A stretch of 64,000 nt of DNA from Lingula anatina. Taxonomy: Eukaryota; Animalia; Brachiopoda. The notes below the pieces were generated by a model. The model ran no database searches and had not been told where the DNA came from. It saw only the letters and a list, made by a program, of their open reading frames with translations. Positions 40,371 to 50,132 of the stretch are shown here, in pieces (positions within the stretch are counted from its first letter, which is position 1; each line of letters opens with the position of its first letter). The translations under genes were made by a program, and so were the position numbers. The DNA is taken from NCBI GenBank assembly GCA_051362555.1, contig CM120640.1, forward strand, positions 35,793,967 to 35,857,966, read 5' to 3'.

Positions 40371-42560
40371 CATGAGACACCAAAAAAAAAAATCAATTGC
40401 AAAGGGCATTTTACCTTCCACTTGGCACAGTCTTCTCATCAATCCCATCATCATTTTTACTTAATATTTTCAGTCCATGCAAATTCTTGTCTGACAGAGG
40501 CCTCTCCCAAAACACTGGTAATATAAGTCTGTTTCCAGTATGGTCCACCCTCACAGAAAATTGCTTTAAGATAGCTTTATTCAATTCCTGGAAAAACAAC
40601 AATTAATTCTATTAGACTTTAATCTAAACAAGCACAATTCATTGTTCATTGTTCAAATTACTTGGTCTGGCCTCCTTTTCTTTTTTTACAAATAACTGCA
40701 GTCATAAAAATACAGAATGCCACATTTTTTACCTCTTCAATAAGCATAATGGTTTAAACAGTGCATACTCTCAAATGCATGTAAATGTAGGTGCATTTTC
40801 TGCCACTTTTTTTTACATTCATTAATACCTTTATATCAAATTCCAAAAGAATGTCATCAATGTCAGAATCCTCGTGTATTGCTTCCGTTGCTTCCCACGT
40901 CTTTAACAAAAGCATTCTATCTTTCTCATTCATTGAATCTTCACCAACACACGCCTGTCTCTTTCTGAAGAGAAAAATGTTTTCATAATCAAATTCAAGA
41001 TAACAAATCTACAGAACCAGGCTGAAATATTAATCCGTTTGGGTACAGATTGTGTCCAAAGACCATTAATTGGTAACAAACCAAAGCTATGAAGCTTACA
41101 TGTTAGCTAAGTCCAACCTGACCTCACTTAGTCATCATTTTTTTTTATTCAGTCTGAGGAAGGTCTTTGTCCAAGATGACCATAAGCTATATGTTAGCAT
41201 TAAATATTCTGCTTGTGTGTGATGATATTTGGGCAAATAGTTCAGAACCATTTTTCGTCCATGTTGTGTCTGATTAATCCAAATTATTTGCACTTCAGCA
41301 TAATTCTCCTATCACTTAATATAACTTTGTAAACATACCGTTTTTGGTCTATGTCTGAACGGTGCACAGCAATATTGTCTTGCAGCAGATCCCATGAGCC
41401 ACATTTTTTACAGTTAAGGCATACAAAATATCCTGAAAAATTAATGACATTGATAATAGAAAGTATTTGATCCATAACAATAGTTTCAGTTATGAAAGAC
41501 ATGATCATATGACTGTTTATCTTACAATGTTTTAAACAGATAGTCTAATGTCTTCTCTTATTTCTTTATCCACTTTCTGAAGAACATGAAGTGTTAAATA
41601 ATATTGGAACTTTGATTAATCTGTAACCACATACCAGTTCTCAAGTTGATGAACAGCTGTTCTTTTTGTGAGACTTTTTCTTTGGTGACTCGAGGACATG
41701 TTATTTTCAGGCAAGTATGACCTTAATATAAAATATACTACCAGTATATAAGTGACAGTAAATGGACAAAAGACTACGATTCTGCAAATTTGAAATTTAT
41801 AGTAACAATTCTGTGGCCAGGTCTTCTTTGCTTTAATATTCTGTTAAATGGAACAGTTACATTAAAAACCCTTCACATATATAATGCTTTAAAAATATTA
41901 CCCACATAGATAAAATACAACTTTAAGAACCTCAGCAATCATAAAATTTCACCAGAAAACTTCTCCATTTTACACTTTACCTTGCTCTACATTAATCTCA
42001 TTATCACTCAAGAATTTCTTCATCTCTGATGGAGTAACAGTCTTCTCCCGGTGCAGGATAGTCACTAACCTGACTTGCTGAGACAACACACTGTTCTGCT
42101 GAGCGCAACCAATATTTGGCCACTGTTTACAGAGACACAAAGTAGAAAAAGCCCTGGGACACATCCCAAAAACTGGGGGCGATGCAGCGAGGAACCTGCT
42201 ATGTAAAACACCATCTTGGGGCCTTCCACTCCACTTCCATTCTGCTTTAGCAGTCTGTGATTGTTTTTCTATGTTTTCATGACAAGAATGCAAGTTATAC
42301 ACTGCAGGTTGAGCAGGCCTTAGAGACGTGTTCAGTATTTTGTTTGTGTCAAGCTGCATACCACAGTTCCCCCAACATCCACTGTCATGACTGTGAATTA
42401 CATCATCATTGGGACAATGTTGGATACTGACTGATATAATGGGATCAGAAGATGTTGATGTTGATCCATTTTTCCTTTTAGACCAATGTCTGTTCTGAGT
42501 TGTCAAATGGCTGGCAGTTTTTAATTTTGTCAAAGCAGACACTTTTTTCAATGCAGTCAT
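26773..42560 (-). CDS. TWNK: Twinkle mitochondrial replicative DNA helicase (T7 gp4-like, SF4), 790 aa, 14 coding exons
   Basis: Exons (minus): 42560-41981, 41721-41635, 41432-41339, 40964-40829, 40587-40415, 33793-33634, 33283-33162, 32876-32705, 32409-32275, 31820-31747, 31577-31463, 28352-28152, 27804-27670, 26961-26773 (2373 nt, in frame). Motifs: [10 protein letters not shown]...[43 protein letters not shown] (Walker A), [18 protein letters not shown] (Walker B), [36 protein letters not shown]. An in-frame TAA upstream places the start at ATG 42560. Confidence 0.95.
28754..31272 (-). mobile_element. Head-to-tail array of Helitron/Helentron-type non-autonomous elements (HINE/DINE-1/pearl-like) in Twinkle coding intron 11
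   Basis: Terminal palindrome TATGTACAGACAC-atct-GTGTCTGTACATA (31243-31272) next to an A/T run, an adjacent GGCATC/GACG microsatellite, and ~160-bp internal repeats containing GAACTTGACCTG. The opposite ends read CTAGT/CTTGTT on the minus strand. Three partial copies, period ~1165 bp. Confidence 0.7.
32038..32242 (-). ncRNA. Candidate structured intronic RNA (rod-like fold-back) in Twinkle coding intron 9; class unknown
   Basis: Nested complementary segments traced by eye; see findings. No known ncRNA box motifs were recognised. Confidence 0.4.
34208..34266. repeat. (CT)n-(CA)n compound microsatellite, left flank of the 6-kb element
   Basis: Direct observation. Confidence 0.95.
35046..37950. 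repeat. HINE-derived satellite: ~160-bp monomers organised in 550-720-bp higher-order units
   Basis: The marker GAGGAAAACCACTTATATA recurs at ~35479, 36143, 36863 and 37415. The monomers (GCATAA...CTTGACC...GTGAGTTTCATGA...CTTACAGTGTT) are homologous to those at 28860-31120. Confidence 0.85.
38413..38624. mobile_element. ~210-bp MITE, PIF/Harbinger-like
   Basis: Imperfect ~30-bp TIRs CCCTTTACACTGGACGGCGTCCTTTCTGCG / CGCACAAAGGACGCCGCCCCAGTGTAAAGGG, flanked by TAA and TTA. The superfamily is inferred from these termini and flanks. Confidence 0.7.
38656..39742. mobile_element. ~1.1-kb non-autonomous TIR element with TA target-site duplication (Tc1/mariner-like)
   Basis: TA|CTCTGAAGTATCGAATAAA ... 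TTTATTTGATACTTCAGAG|TA (18/19 match). Subterminal AATAAAAGTACTGG repeats and palindrome AACGTACCGGTACGTT. No transposase ORF. Confidence 0.75.
39007..39061. repeat. (TA)n microsatellite
   Basis: Direct observation. Confidence 0.95.
40327..40366. repeat. (CA)n microsatellite, right flank of the 6-kb element
   Basis: Direct observation. Confidence 0.95.
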
Positions 42561-43258
42561 CGTCTTTATTATCCTTCTTGTGGTAAAAACAAATTGGAGC
42601 TTGATTTCCAATACTTACTGCTTCTGAAACATAAAGTAAAGTTCAATAATGTCAACATAACCACAGCATATTCTTCTTATAAACCATAAAATATTATCTC
42701 CCTTCAAAAATGATAAATAAAAAATAAATAAAACAAAAATAAAAAATAAATGATACTTGTACTGTATTTTTACCAACTTTATTCAAGCAAGGTATTACAT
42801 GTATCTATATCCTTGGGTCAAACAAATTATGATAAGATGCAATTACATCTTTTTCCTTTTTCAAAGGTTATTAAAAGAGCCTTATAAAGGGCAGCAAAAA
42901 CTAAATACAGTTGCACACACATCCTCCAAGCGACTCATAAGCCTATTTATCACTGCAAACATGGCCACATATTCTCAAGTAAAATATATGGGTAAAAGGG
43001 GTATGTCACTTCTTAAAATTGCATAGGCCATGGTGGTTCCTAATAAAGGTATTAGTAAGGATAAGAGGGTTATGGGGTCCAACAGGCTATATTTTTCTGC
43101 ATGCAACAATTTTCTTTTAACCCCCCTCCTCCAAATTTCTGCATGTTTGCAGTAACCCTCCAGTAGTAACTCTGTGGCATTCGATGTCAAATTACATCTT
43201 TAAATAAGCAAGGTTGACGGAAAGTACAAAAAGAAACAATGTTTTATCAAGATCTTAC

Positions 43259-43400
43259 TTGTTCAAATTCGCTTAAAATGAAATTTTTTCGTAAGTTTTA
43301 ACCTTGGCGAAGAGTTCCACAAGCATCTTGCTCAACTTGTCACGTTTTTCGATACCCGCGATGTTTTTGTCTTTCACGCTTATCAAATGGTCCATAGGTG
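43259..43400 (-). other. TWNK: Probable non-coding first exon / promoter region of Twinkle
   Basis: CpG-containing patch ending in donor AA|GTAAG at 43259/43258. The acceptor tttcag at 42624 is followed by an in-frame stop before ATG 42560. The TSS position is not determined. Confidence 0.55.
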
Positions 43401-44693
43401 GCGAGAAAACAAGCGAACACCAAACCGAAGCCCTTTGTCAGATTTCAATGGCTGAGACACGTTATTTAGCACGTGGGTAATGGTTCAGAGGGGAAATAAA
43501 CACATTTCGTGTTTGATAAGTTTATTAATAACAGTTTACATTATCGTTTTGTTAAAAATATTTTGAAAGTGGAGGATCCAAAATGTAATGTAAGAAAAAG
43601 TTAGGCAATATTCTGTATAGGGTCTTCAAACTTCACTTCTCAAACGGGTGATCAGACTAACATAAAGAACACAGAACAAGATACAAATATTTGTAAAAGT
43701 AAAGTAAGTATTTTATTGCGTAATTATAGTGTTTTCCTAAGAAACTTGCGTACAATTAAAAAAATTAATATATGGCAAATTGGGTAGTTAAAAAATTAAA
43801 ACTGTCGATTACCCTGATAGTCATATTGTGCTCTAACAAGTGTAAGCTACCCTTAGGGCTAGTCGAACATAACATTTAACATTTATCTTAAAGCTTTTCA
43901 CTTAGTCAAACATAAAATGTTATTTTGTTCAGAGTTTACTCTCTTCCAGCAATGACTTCCACCACTCTGCATTTATGTTTAATTATTTTTCTTCCTTTTC
44001 TTTGACACCATCGTTTCATGTACGCTGTTTTAATATGAAAACGCAAGAGCACCTAATCCAAACTGAATTTGACTAAACCTTGGATATTACATGCAAGATC
44101 CGGTGGGTCTCACTGAAAATAAATATTTACAAACAGACGATAATCCGACTTTAGGCACCAGTTTATAAGTAAGGACTTTTTTAAATGAAAAAAGAGCGTG
44201 CAATTTCGAAGAGGCACCACTATAGGCCTATACGAAAGGACAAAAATTCCCCGAAAATGTTCAACTCACACGTCTAAGCCCTTATTTAAAATGTCAGATT
44301 GTCTATGAAAACTTGTTATATGTAAAAATAGATTACTTGAGTTTTGAACTCTAGAGTCCGTTTTCACACTTTTTTTCATTTTGATTATGTAGGCTACATA
44401 AAACTATTAAAATCAACAGAAAGCGCTTTCGGGTACCCTGATTAAAAATATAAACGTCTTAAAATACTCTTTCCTTCACTTCTAGTTAAAAAAATCGAAT
44501 TCCAAACGGAGGATATGTAACTGACATTTTTCTTTTATACATTGACCTATTTTGGAAATAACGCATTCTAACGCCTTTAACAAATAACGCGAACCTCGCT
44601 CAGCGAGATACGCCAAACTGTTAACGACCATATAAATAATCAATATATTGAGAAAAAATATTTAAAAATTCATATCCAGATAATGAATACATT

Positions 44694-46049
44694 TTAGTAT
44701 AAAAAGGCGTAATTTGTGTGCCTATACTTTTTGCCGGACTCCTTTTTAGCCAGTTCTATTCTCTTTGCTTGTAAAACCTCAGAGATCCATTCAGGATGCA
44801 CCACACAAGACAGAGGCTTGCGGGGGATGGTATTATAGAAGAAAGTGTCATAGTTCTGCATTTGTCCAGTCAGTGGATTCGGTGGGATCTCTGGTTCTGG
44901 ACATTTGATGGTATAGGCCAATCTTTCTGGTAAAACCGTATTTCTGAAAAATTAAAAGGTATAAACACTGATTTGATTTGTTGCAAAGTTGCAAATGTAT
45001 TGCACCTTAATTTCTATTTTGTCAGCGGATGATGGCCAATTTTGCAAATATTAACAGCATACATGTTCATTTGTTAAATCTCCTACAACTTATTGCACCT
45101 CCACTCTCTCGGCTCTTTGAAGCTTGAAAAAAAAGCGTTGACAGTTTTATTGTAAATTTCACTTAAACACAATTAAAATACTCATTAGTTACCAGAATAA
45201 AATCACATTCGATGAAAAATAAATGTTACTCACTTGATACCATAAGGGTCTCCCTGAACCTCCGCCCTCCAACCGTACTTCTCTATCACTTCATCGTACG
45301 ACATCGACGTCGGGGTCTTTACTTCAACATGTTCTTGCGTGGTGTCTGGGGTTGGGGTCGGTGGGACAGGTTTGTGTGGCCGTCTATCACTAGGTGGCTG
45401 ACTAAAGCGTTCTTCCGAAATCGCACTCTCTGCGGGCCGAGGTCTCACAGGACCTGCAGACTTCACAGGCCTTTGTGGCGGTTTGGGGACTTCTCTACGT
45501 ATTGTAGCACTTTTCACTCGGACGTTTTTCCCTGGTTGTGTGATGCTCATCTCCACGTAGGAATCGGGCGTGGGCGCCTTAGCGACGACTTTACCAACAC
45601 GAATAGGCGTAGCTTCTGTGACCCAGCCGTGTTTCTTCGATGGCGTTGGCGCCTTTGGGCGACCTGGCGTCAATGACATTTGGGGCGGAGGCGCACTCTT
45701 CGCTCCCCCGCCTTGAATGCGAAGGTAGTGTTCTACGATGGCCTGGTTAGACACGGGGGTTCTTGGCGTAGATGAGATGTGGGACGCCGGGCGTTGCAAC
45801 ATGGCCTCGTGTTTGATGCGGATAGGCGTGGGAGGCTGTGGGGGTGTGACGCCTCTGGTGCCATGGTTGGCCTGACTTCTCCAGTGGCGGTACAACACCT
45901 CTTTTTCTGTAAAAAGACAACGATATGCTTAATCCTGCATTGAGGTACCGATACTTAAGTAAAATGAAACGATACAGATAACTTCAACACGTAAAAAACG
46001 TCACATTTGATCCATGTACGTGGGCTTCATGCGTTATGTATTATTGTCA

Positions 46050-46098
<49 letters not shown>

Positions 46099-46433
46099 AT
46101 CAAAAACATAAGGAATGCGAGAGGCAAAATAAGGTCCATGGTCGCATAGAAAAACAAAAAAAGTAGACACTGACATATTATAGTACCTTTCTTGTGTCCT
46201 GTTATATTCTTATACAGCATATATCTAGTTGCACTGAACGAAGAAATAAAAAAGCAGGCCTTCATAATTATGTATTCAGCACACAGACCATCTGTCACAT
46301 AAGCCTGTTTATCACCGCAAATTTTTCACAAACACATACCGTATTTTAATTTCCCTCTTGGAAATTGCTTAGCTAAGGGGTTGTCGTATGTGTTGTAAGC
46401 AGCCGGATACCATCCATATACCTTTTCACGCAT
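44694..46433 (-). CDS. Uncharacterised 338-aa basic, Pro/Thr-rich protein, 3 coding exons
   Basis: Exons 46433-46340, 45906-45234 and 44943-44694 join in frame (1017 nt; junction codons G|AA and AA|A) with canonical splice sites. GC-rich, coding-like composition. N-terminus MREKVYGWYPAAYNTYDNP, C-terminus SCVVHPEWISEVLQAKR...NYAFLY. No family recognised. Confidence 0.8.
46053..46094. repeat. Poly(T) run of ~42 nt
   Basis: Direct observation; intronic. Confidence 0.9.
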
Positions 46434-46910
46434 GGTGTCGCGTTGGTTTTGTGCGGTAACACTTGAAAAACGGCGTCGCCGACAACCACCACGCAACGGT
46501 GCACACCTAAAAGGTAAGGAAATTGACATAAAATAACAATAGAAATAATCAGAGAAAAACTCACCTGAAATAGAATCATATGTCACAAACCCATACAAGT
46601 TGATCTAAAATACTGCTAACAATGGCTGCAGATTACCTCGGTGCAAGTCGAAAAGGTGACAGGTTTACAACCCGGTGAAATTAATTAAAATAGTTTTAGC
46701 TGTAAAGTAGTTGTAGAGGCTTAGTGGCCAGAATCTGATAATGTCTACAGCCCAACATATTTCACTACGATCGCAGTCTCCAACGCCCTGAAGTGGAAAG
46801 TAGGAGTAGGATTTATACAGATTACCACAGTCACACAGACCAGCCTTGCAGAGAGATTTACTCTGGGATTATACCTGCACATTTACACAATACAATGAAT
46901 GTATTAACTC

Positions 46911-46924
46911 GTTTCCATGGAATC
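46911..46924. promoter_or_regulatory. RFX X-box-like motif
   Basis: GTTTCCATGGAATC, one mismatch from the palindromic X-box GTTTCCATGGAAAC, upstream of the proximal candidate first exon of the uncharacterised gene. Confidence 0.4.
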
Positions 46925-47326
46925 GCGACATTAATATGATACTTGATCCTACAGCAATAGTGATGATAGCGGATTCAAGTCGAACAACGGAAATTATAGC
47001 GCTATCTGTAAGTTCTAGGTTTAATGGAGTAAATAGCAGGCAAAACGATATGCGAATAAAAAATCAATTACGGAAGAGTAAATTCGTGTCTGACTGAGAA
47101 GCTACAATAAGTATAAATGTCAATATTAGCATTCTAGTCAACTATTGAATGTTCGTAATTTCCCGTACAATGGACACCGTAAGAGGGTCTTGTTAAAGGC
47201 GTTGAGAGGAGACGCGTGAGGTGAAGACTTTTGAATACAATATATTTGATGTTTTTGACATACATATTTATCGTACTAAAATGAATAGATGTAGAAAAAA
47301 GAAACGGATGACTGAAAGAGAACGAC

Positions 47327-47462
47327 AGAGAGAGAGAGAGAGAGAGAAAAGACATGAGTCATCAACCTCTCAATTCCCGTCATATATCCTAAAAAACATA
47401 TAGGACAACGACGACGACAACGACCACAACAACAACAAATAATAATAATAATAATAGTAATA
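47327..47462. repeat. (GA)n followed by GAC/AAC/AAT trinucleotide repeats
   Basis: Direct observation. Confidence 0.85.
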
Positions 47463-47812
47463 GCAATGATAGCTATAAGCTCTCCTCAAAAAATTAAATC
47501 TTGGTCATCCTGTTGAAACTGATACCGTTAATTTTTAGGGAAAAATTCCTTGCGAATGTGCTAACCGTGACCTCACGTGTTTAATATTACAATATCAGAT
47601 ATACACTGTCTTGTATTATCTGCCGTAAGTAGGCGTCTGGTAACATCTTAGACAAGGATGTGTATAGAGACGCGACCCAGACTCGTGATAAATGGGCTAT
47701 GTCGTGAAGTAAATTTCGATAAGATGTTTAGATGACAACAGCGTTACTGGGTTGTCAGGTTATGTCATAGATGGAGTTTTCTGTCCCAAGTCCAGAAAAC
47801 GAGGAGTGGAGT

Positions 47813-47982
47813 CAGGCCCGTAGCCAGCTAATTCAAAAGGGTGGTTCTTTTTCTGAAAAATTGGACCTTTTACCATGAAACCTTCGTGTACCTAGATAAA
47901 ATTTTAACCAGATAGACATTTTCTCGGCAAAAAAAAAAAGGGGGGGGGGGGGGTCTTTCGAACCACCCTGGCTACGGGCCTG
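47813..47982. mobile_element. 170-bp MITE with perfect 15-bp TIRs (hAT-like CAGG termini)
   Basis: CAGGCCCGTAGCCAG (47813-47827) and CTGGCTACGGGCCTG (47968-47982). No clear 8-bp TSD, so the superfamily is uncertain. Confidence 0.75.
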
Positions 47983-48779
47983 GGGGTACTACAGAGTCTA
48001 CAGACAGAAAACTCGAGCTGGCCATTTTAAAGGAATAATGTGGCAGGAATGATTCCGTCTCCAGTTGTGGGGTGGGACCTTATGAAGCTTTGGGTTCGAT
48101 AGTTTTGGACACGAGGGTATAACTAGAAAAAAGTATGGGGTGGGGGAAGGGTTGTTGTCACCCTTTAGCAGAAAATTCAGTGAACAAATCTGCCCAGATA
48201 CAGCGGCATGTGCCGAACCATGTCAATATGTTCAAATACATTCTCTAAGAAACGAAATGTCATTTCACAATTATTCTCCTGAAGTAGAAATATTGCCCCT
48301 TTGGCATTTTACTGAAATGGAGACAAATGCACTTTTAATAACAAATGGGTTCACATAGGTCTAGCCTTGATTCCGGAATTTCGTGACTTAAAAGTACTAT
48401 GAAAAAGTATACTGGTTACACATATTCTGTCTCACTAAACTGGACGACCGGCGTGTACAAATCGGGCTTTTTAGCTTACAGCATGTTGACAAGTTTCATT
48501 CATTACCTAAATGCCTTCCAGCGGCGTCGAACTGATGCCTTAAGAGAACAGCCTTGTCATTTTAGCTTTTCAGTGCTAAATCTATTTAAAACGTCTCAGT
48601 TAGAAGTTTTTTTTTATAAAATACTCCTGTGGCACGAAGGACGGGTTGGTTAACTACATCACAATAATGCCTGTGTGTCAGCGATGCACGTTACAGACCT
48701 TGGAAAATAACTTGGTTCTAAGTTACCTTGTTTAACCCCGTGTTTGATAACTTTCCAAGGTTTTTAATCCATCACTTAC

Positions 48780-48960
48780 CGGTTCAAAAGTAATTAATCA
48801 ATTATCTCGCTTCTGTCTTGGCCTTGTCGACGCTTCCATAGGTATTTCTGTCCACTCTCAGTAGTCGCCGATATTCTTCCTCAATCGATTCGATCCACGC
48901 GATAAAGTTTACAATGGGTGCCTATTTAGTCCCACTGAATAGAGGTAAAGTTTATCGGTC
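48780..48960 (-). other. Probable non-coding first exon of the uncharacterised gene
   Basis: CpG-containing segment ending in a strong donor CCG|GTAAGT at 48780/48779, with an in-frame stop relative to the downstream exon, so it is likely UTR. A second candidate donor GAG|GTAAT lies at 46637. Confidence 0.45.
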
Positions 48961-48971
48961 TCCATGGACGC
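48958..48971. promoter_or_regulatory. RFX X-box-like motif (one good half-site)
   Basis: GTCTCCATGGACGC at the likely start of the distal first exon of the uncharacterised gene. Confidence 0.3.
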
Positions 48972-50132
48972 GGGCAGCGCATTTGTTATTTTAATGTAGG
49001 ACACACAAATGTGGCTTGAATACCCACAATGCTGTGCGTGTCGTTTGTTTTGGTATTTCGTGATAACCTGTGACTTGCGTTTTCAGTGAAGGTTCTCCGA
49101 ATGAGTCATTTATAAGTTTTGTTTTTTATTAGTTTCAAAATATTTTGATTTCTGTTGAAGAAAATTAAATGCGGGATATTTGAACAATAACCAGTCAAAA
49201 CAAAACACTTACGGATACATAACTTTTTTGTATTCACCAGTAAATGTAAGCCTACATGTCATAGTAGGCAGTATTGTGAAAAACAACAGCGATATAAAAA
49301 ATGAAAACCAGCAAACCTTGAGTTTTTTCAGCCAAGTTTTATTTCAAAACATTTGAATATTAAAACCAATCTAGATATAAACGTTATGATGTAGGCCTAG
49401 TAAAAAAACGACGGGTGGAATCAAGGATCGAGATGGTTTTTAATGCTACTCTCGCCAAATATGCGGTCGTGCAAATCCACCGTATACTTTCCAATTTTTC
49501 AATCTTTTACACGACACATAAAGACACATCATGTTAAATACCATAAGGGCTGAGATCTTTTCGGGGAGGGGGGGGGGGGGGGAGGATTTGTTGTTATAGC
49601 ATTGGTCGAAGAGCTTGATGGTTTCTAGTACAAAAATGTTAATAAATAGATGAATAAATAAATATTTTTTTAAAATCTGTGGTGTGGCTACCTCCCCGCA
49701 CCGTTTCTTCCCCGCATCGTTAGGCTACTGCCACAATTTCCGTCGAACTGATCTACTAGTTTCATATGATATGGCAAAGTGATAAATTAAAGTAGAAAAT
49801 ATTATTTGAAATCTAAAAATGTACCCTTTATGTTGTAAGTGAAAAAAAAACAGAGAGAGACCTTCTAGAATAATGGATTTATTGGAAAAAAAAACAAGAA
49901 CGATCACCAAGACGAAGGAAAACGCAAAGACAGTAACCAGATAACTTTATCTACGCAATTTAAGCTATTATTTTCCTTTTAAGCCGATAAAACAAACTTA
50001 TTATTCCATCATTTTGAAAAAGGTATCTGATCTGACGCTTGTTTTAAAAATATTTATAACGTAGTACTGATAAAATAGGTGTCTCCTCTTGGATAAGCGC
50101 CACCTATAAGCGTATCAAAATGTGCATTGAAG

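Noticed and set aside
26773-42560. Phage T7-like primase-helicase as a prophage or recent horizontal transfer
   Set aside because: It has 13 spliceosomal introns in the CDS and a presequence-like leader. This is ordinary nuclear-encoded Twinkle.
46559-46604. tttcAG|GTGAGT on the minus strand as a recursive splice site
   Set aside because: More simply explained as the donor of a 40-nt UTR exon (46604-46565). The flanking introns are too short for typical recursive splicing.
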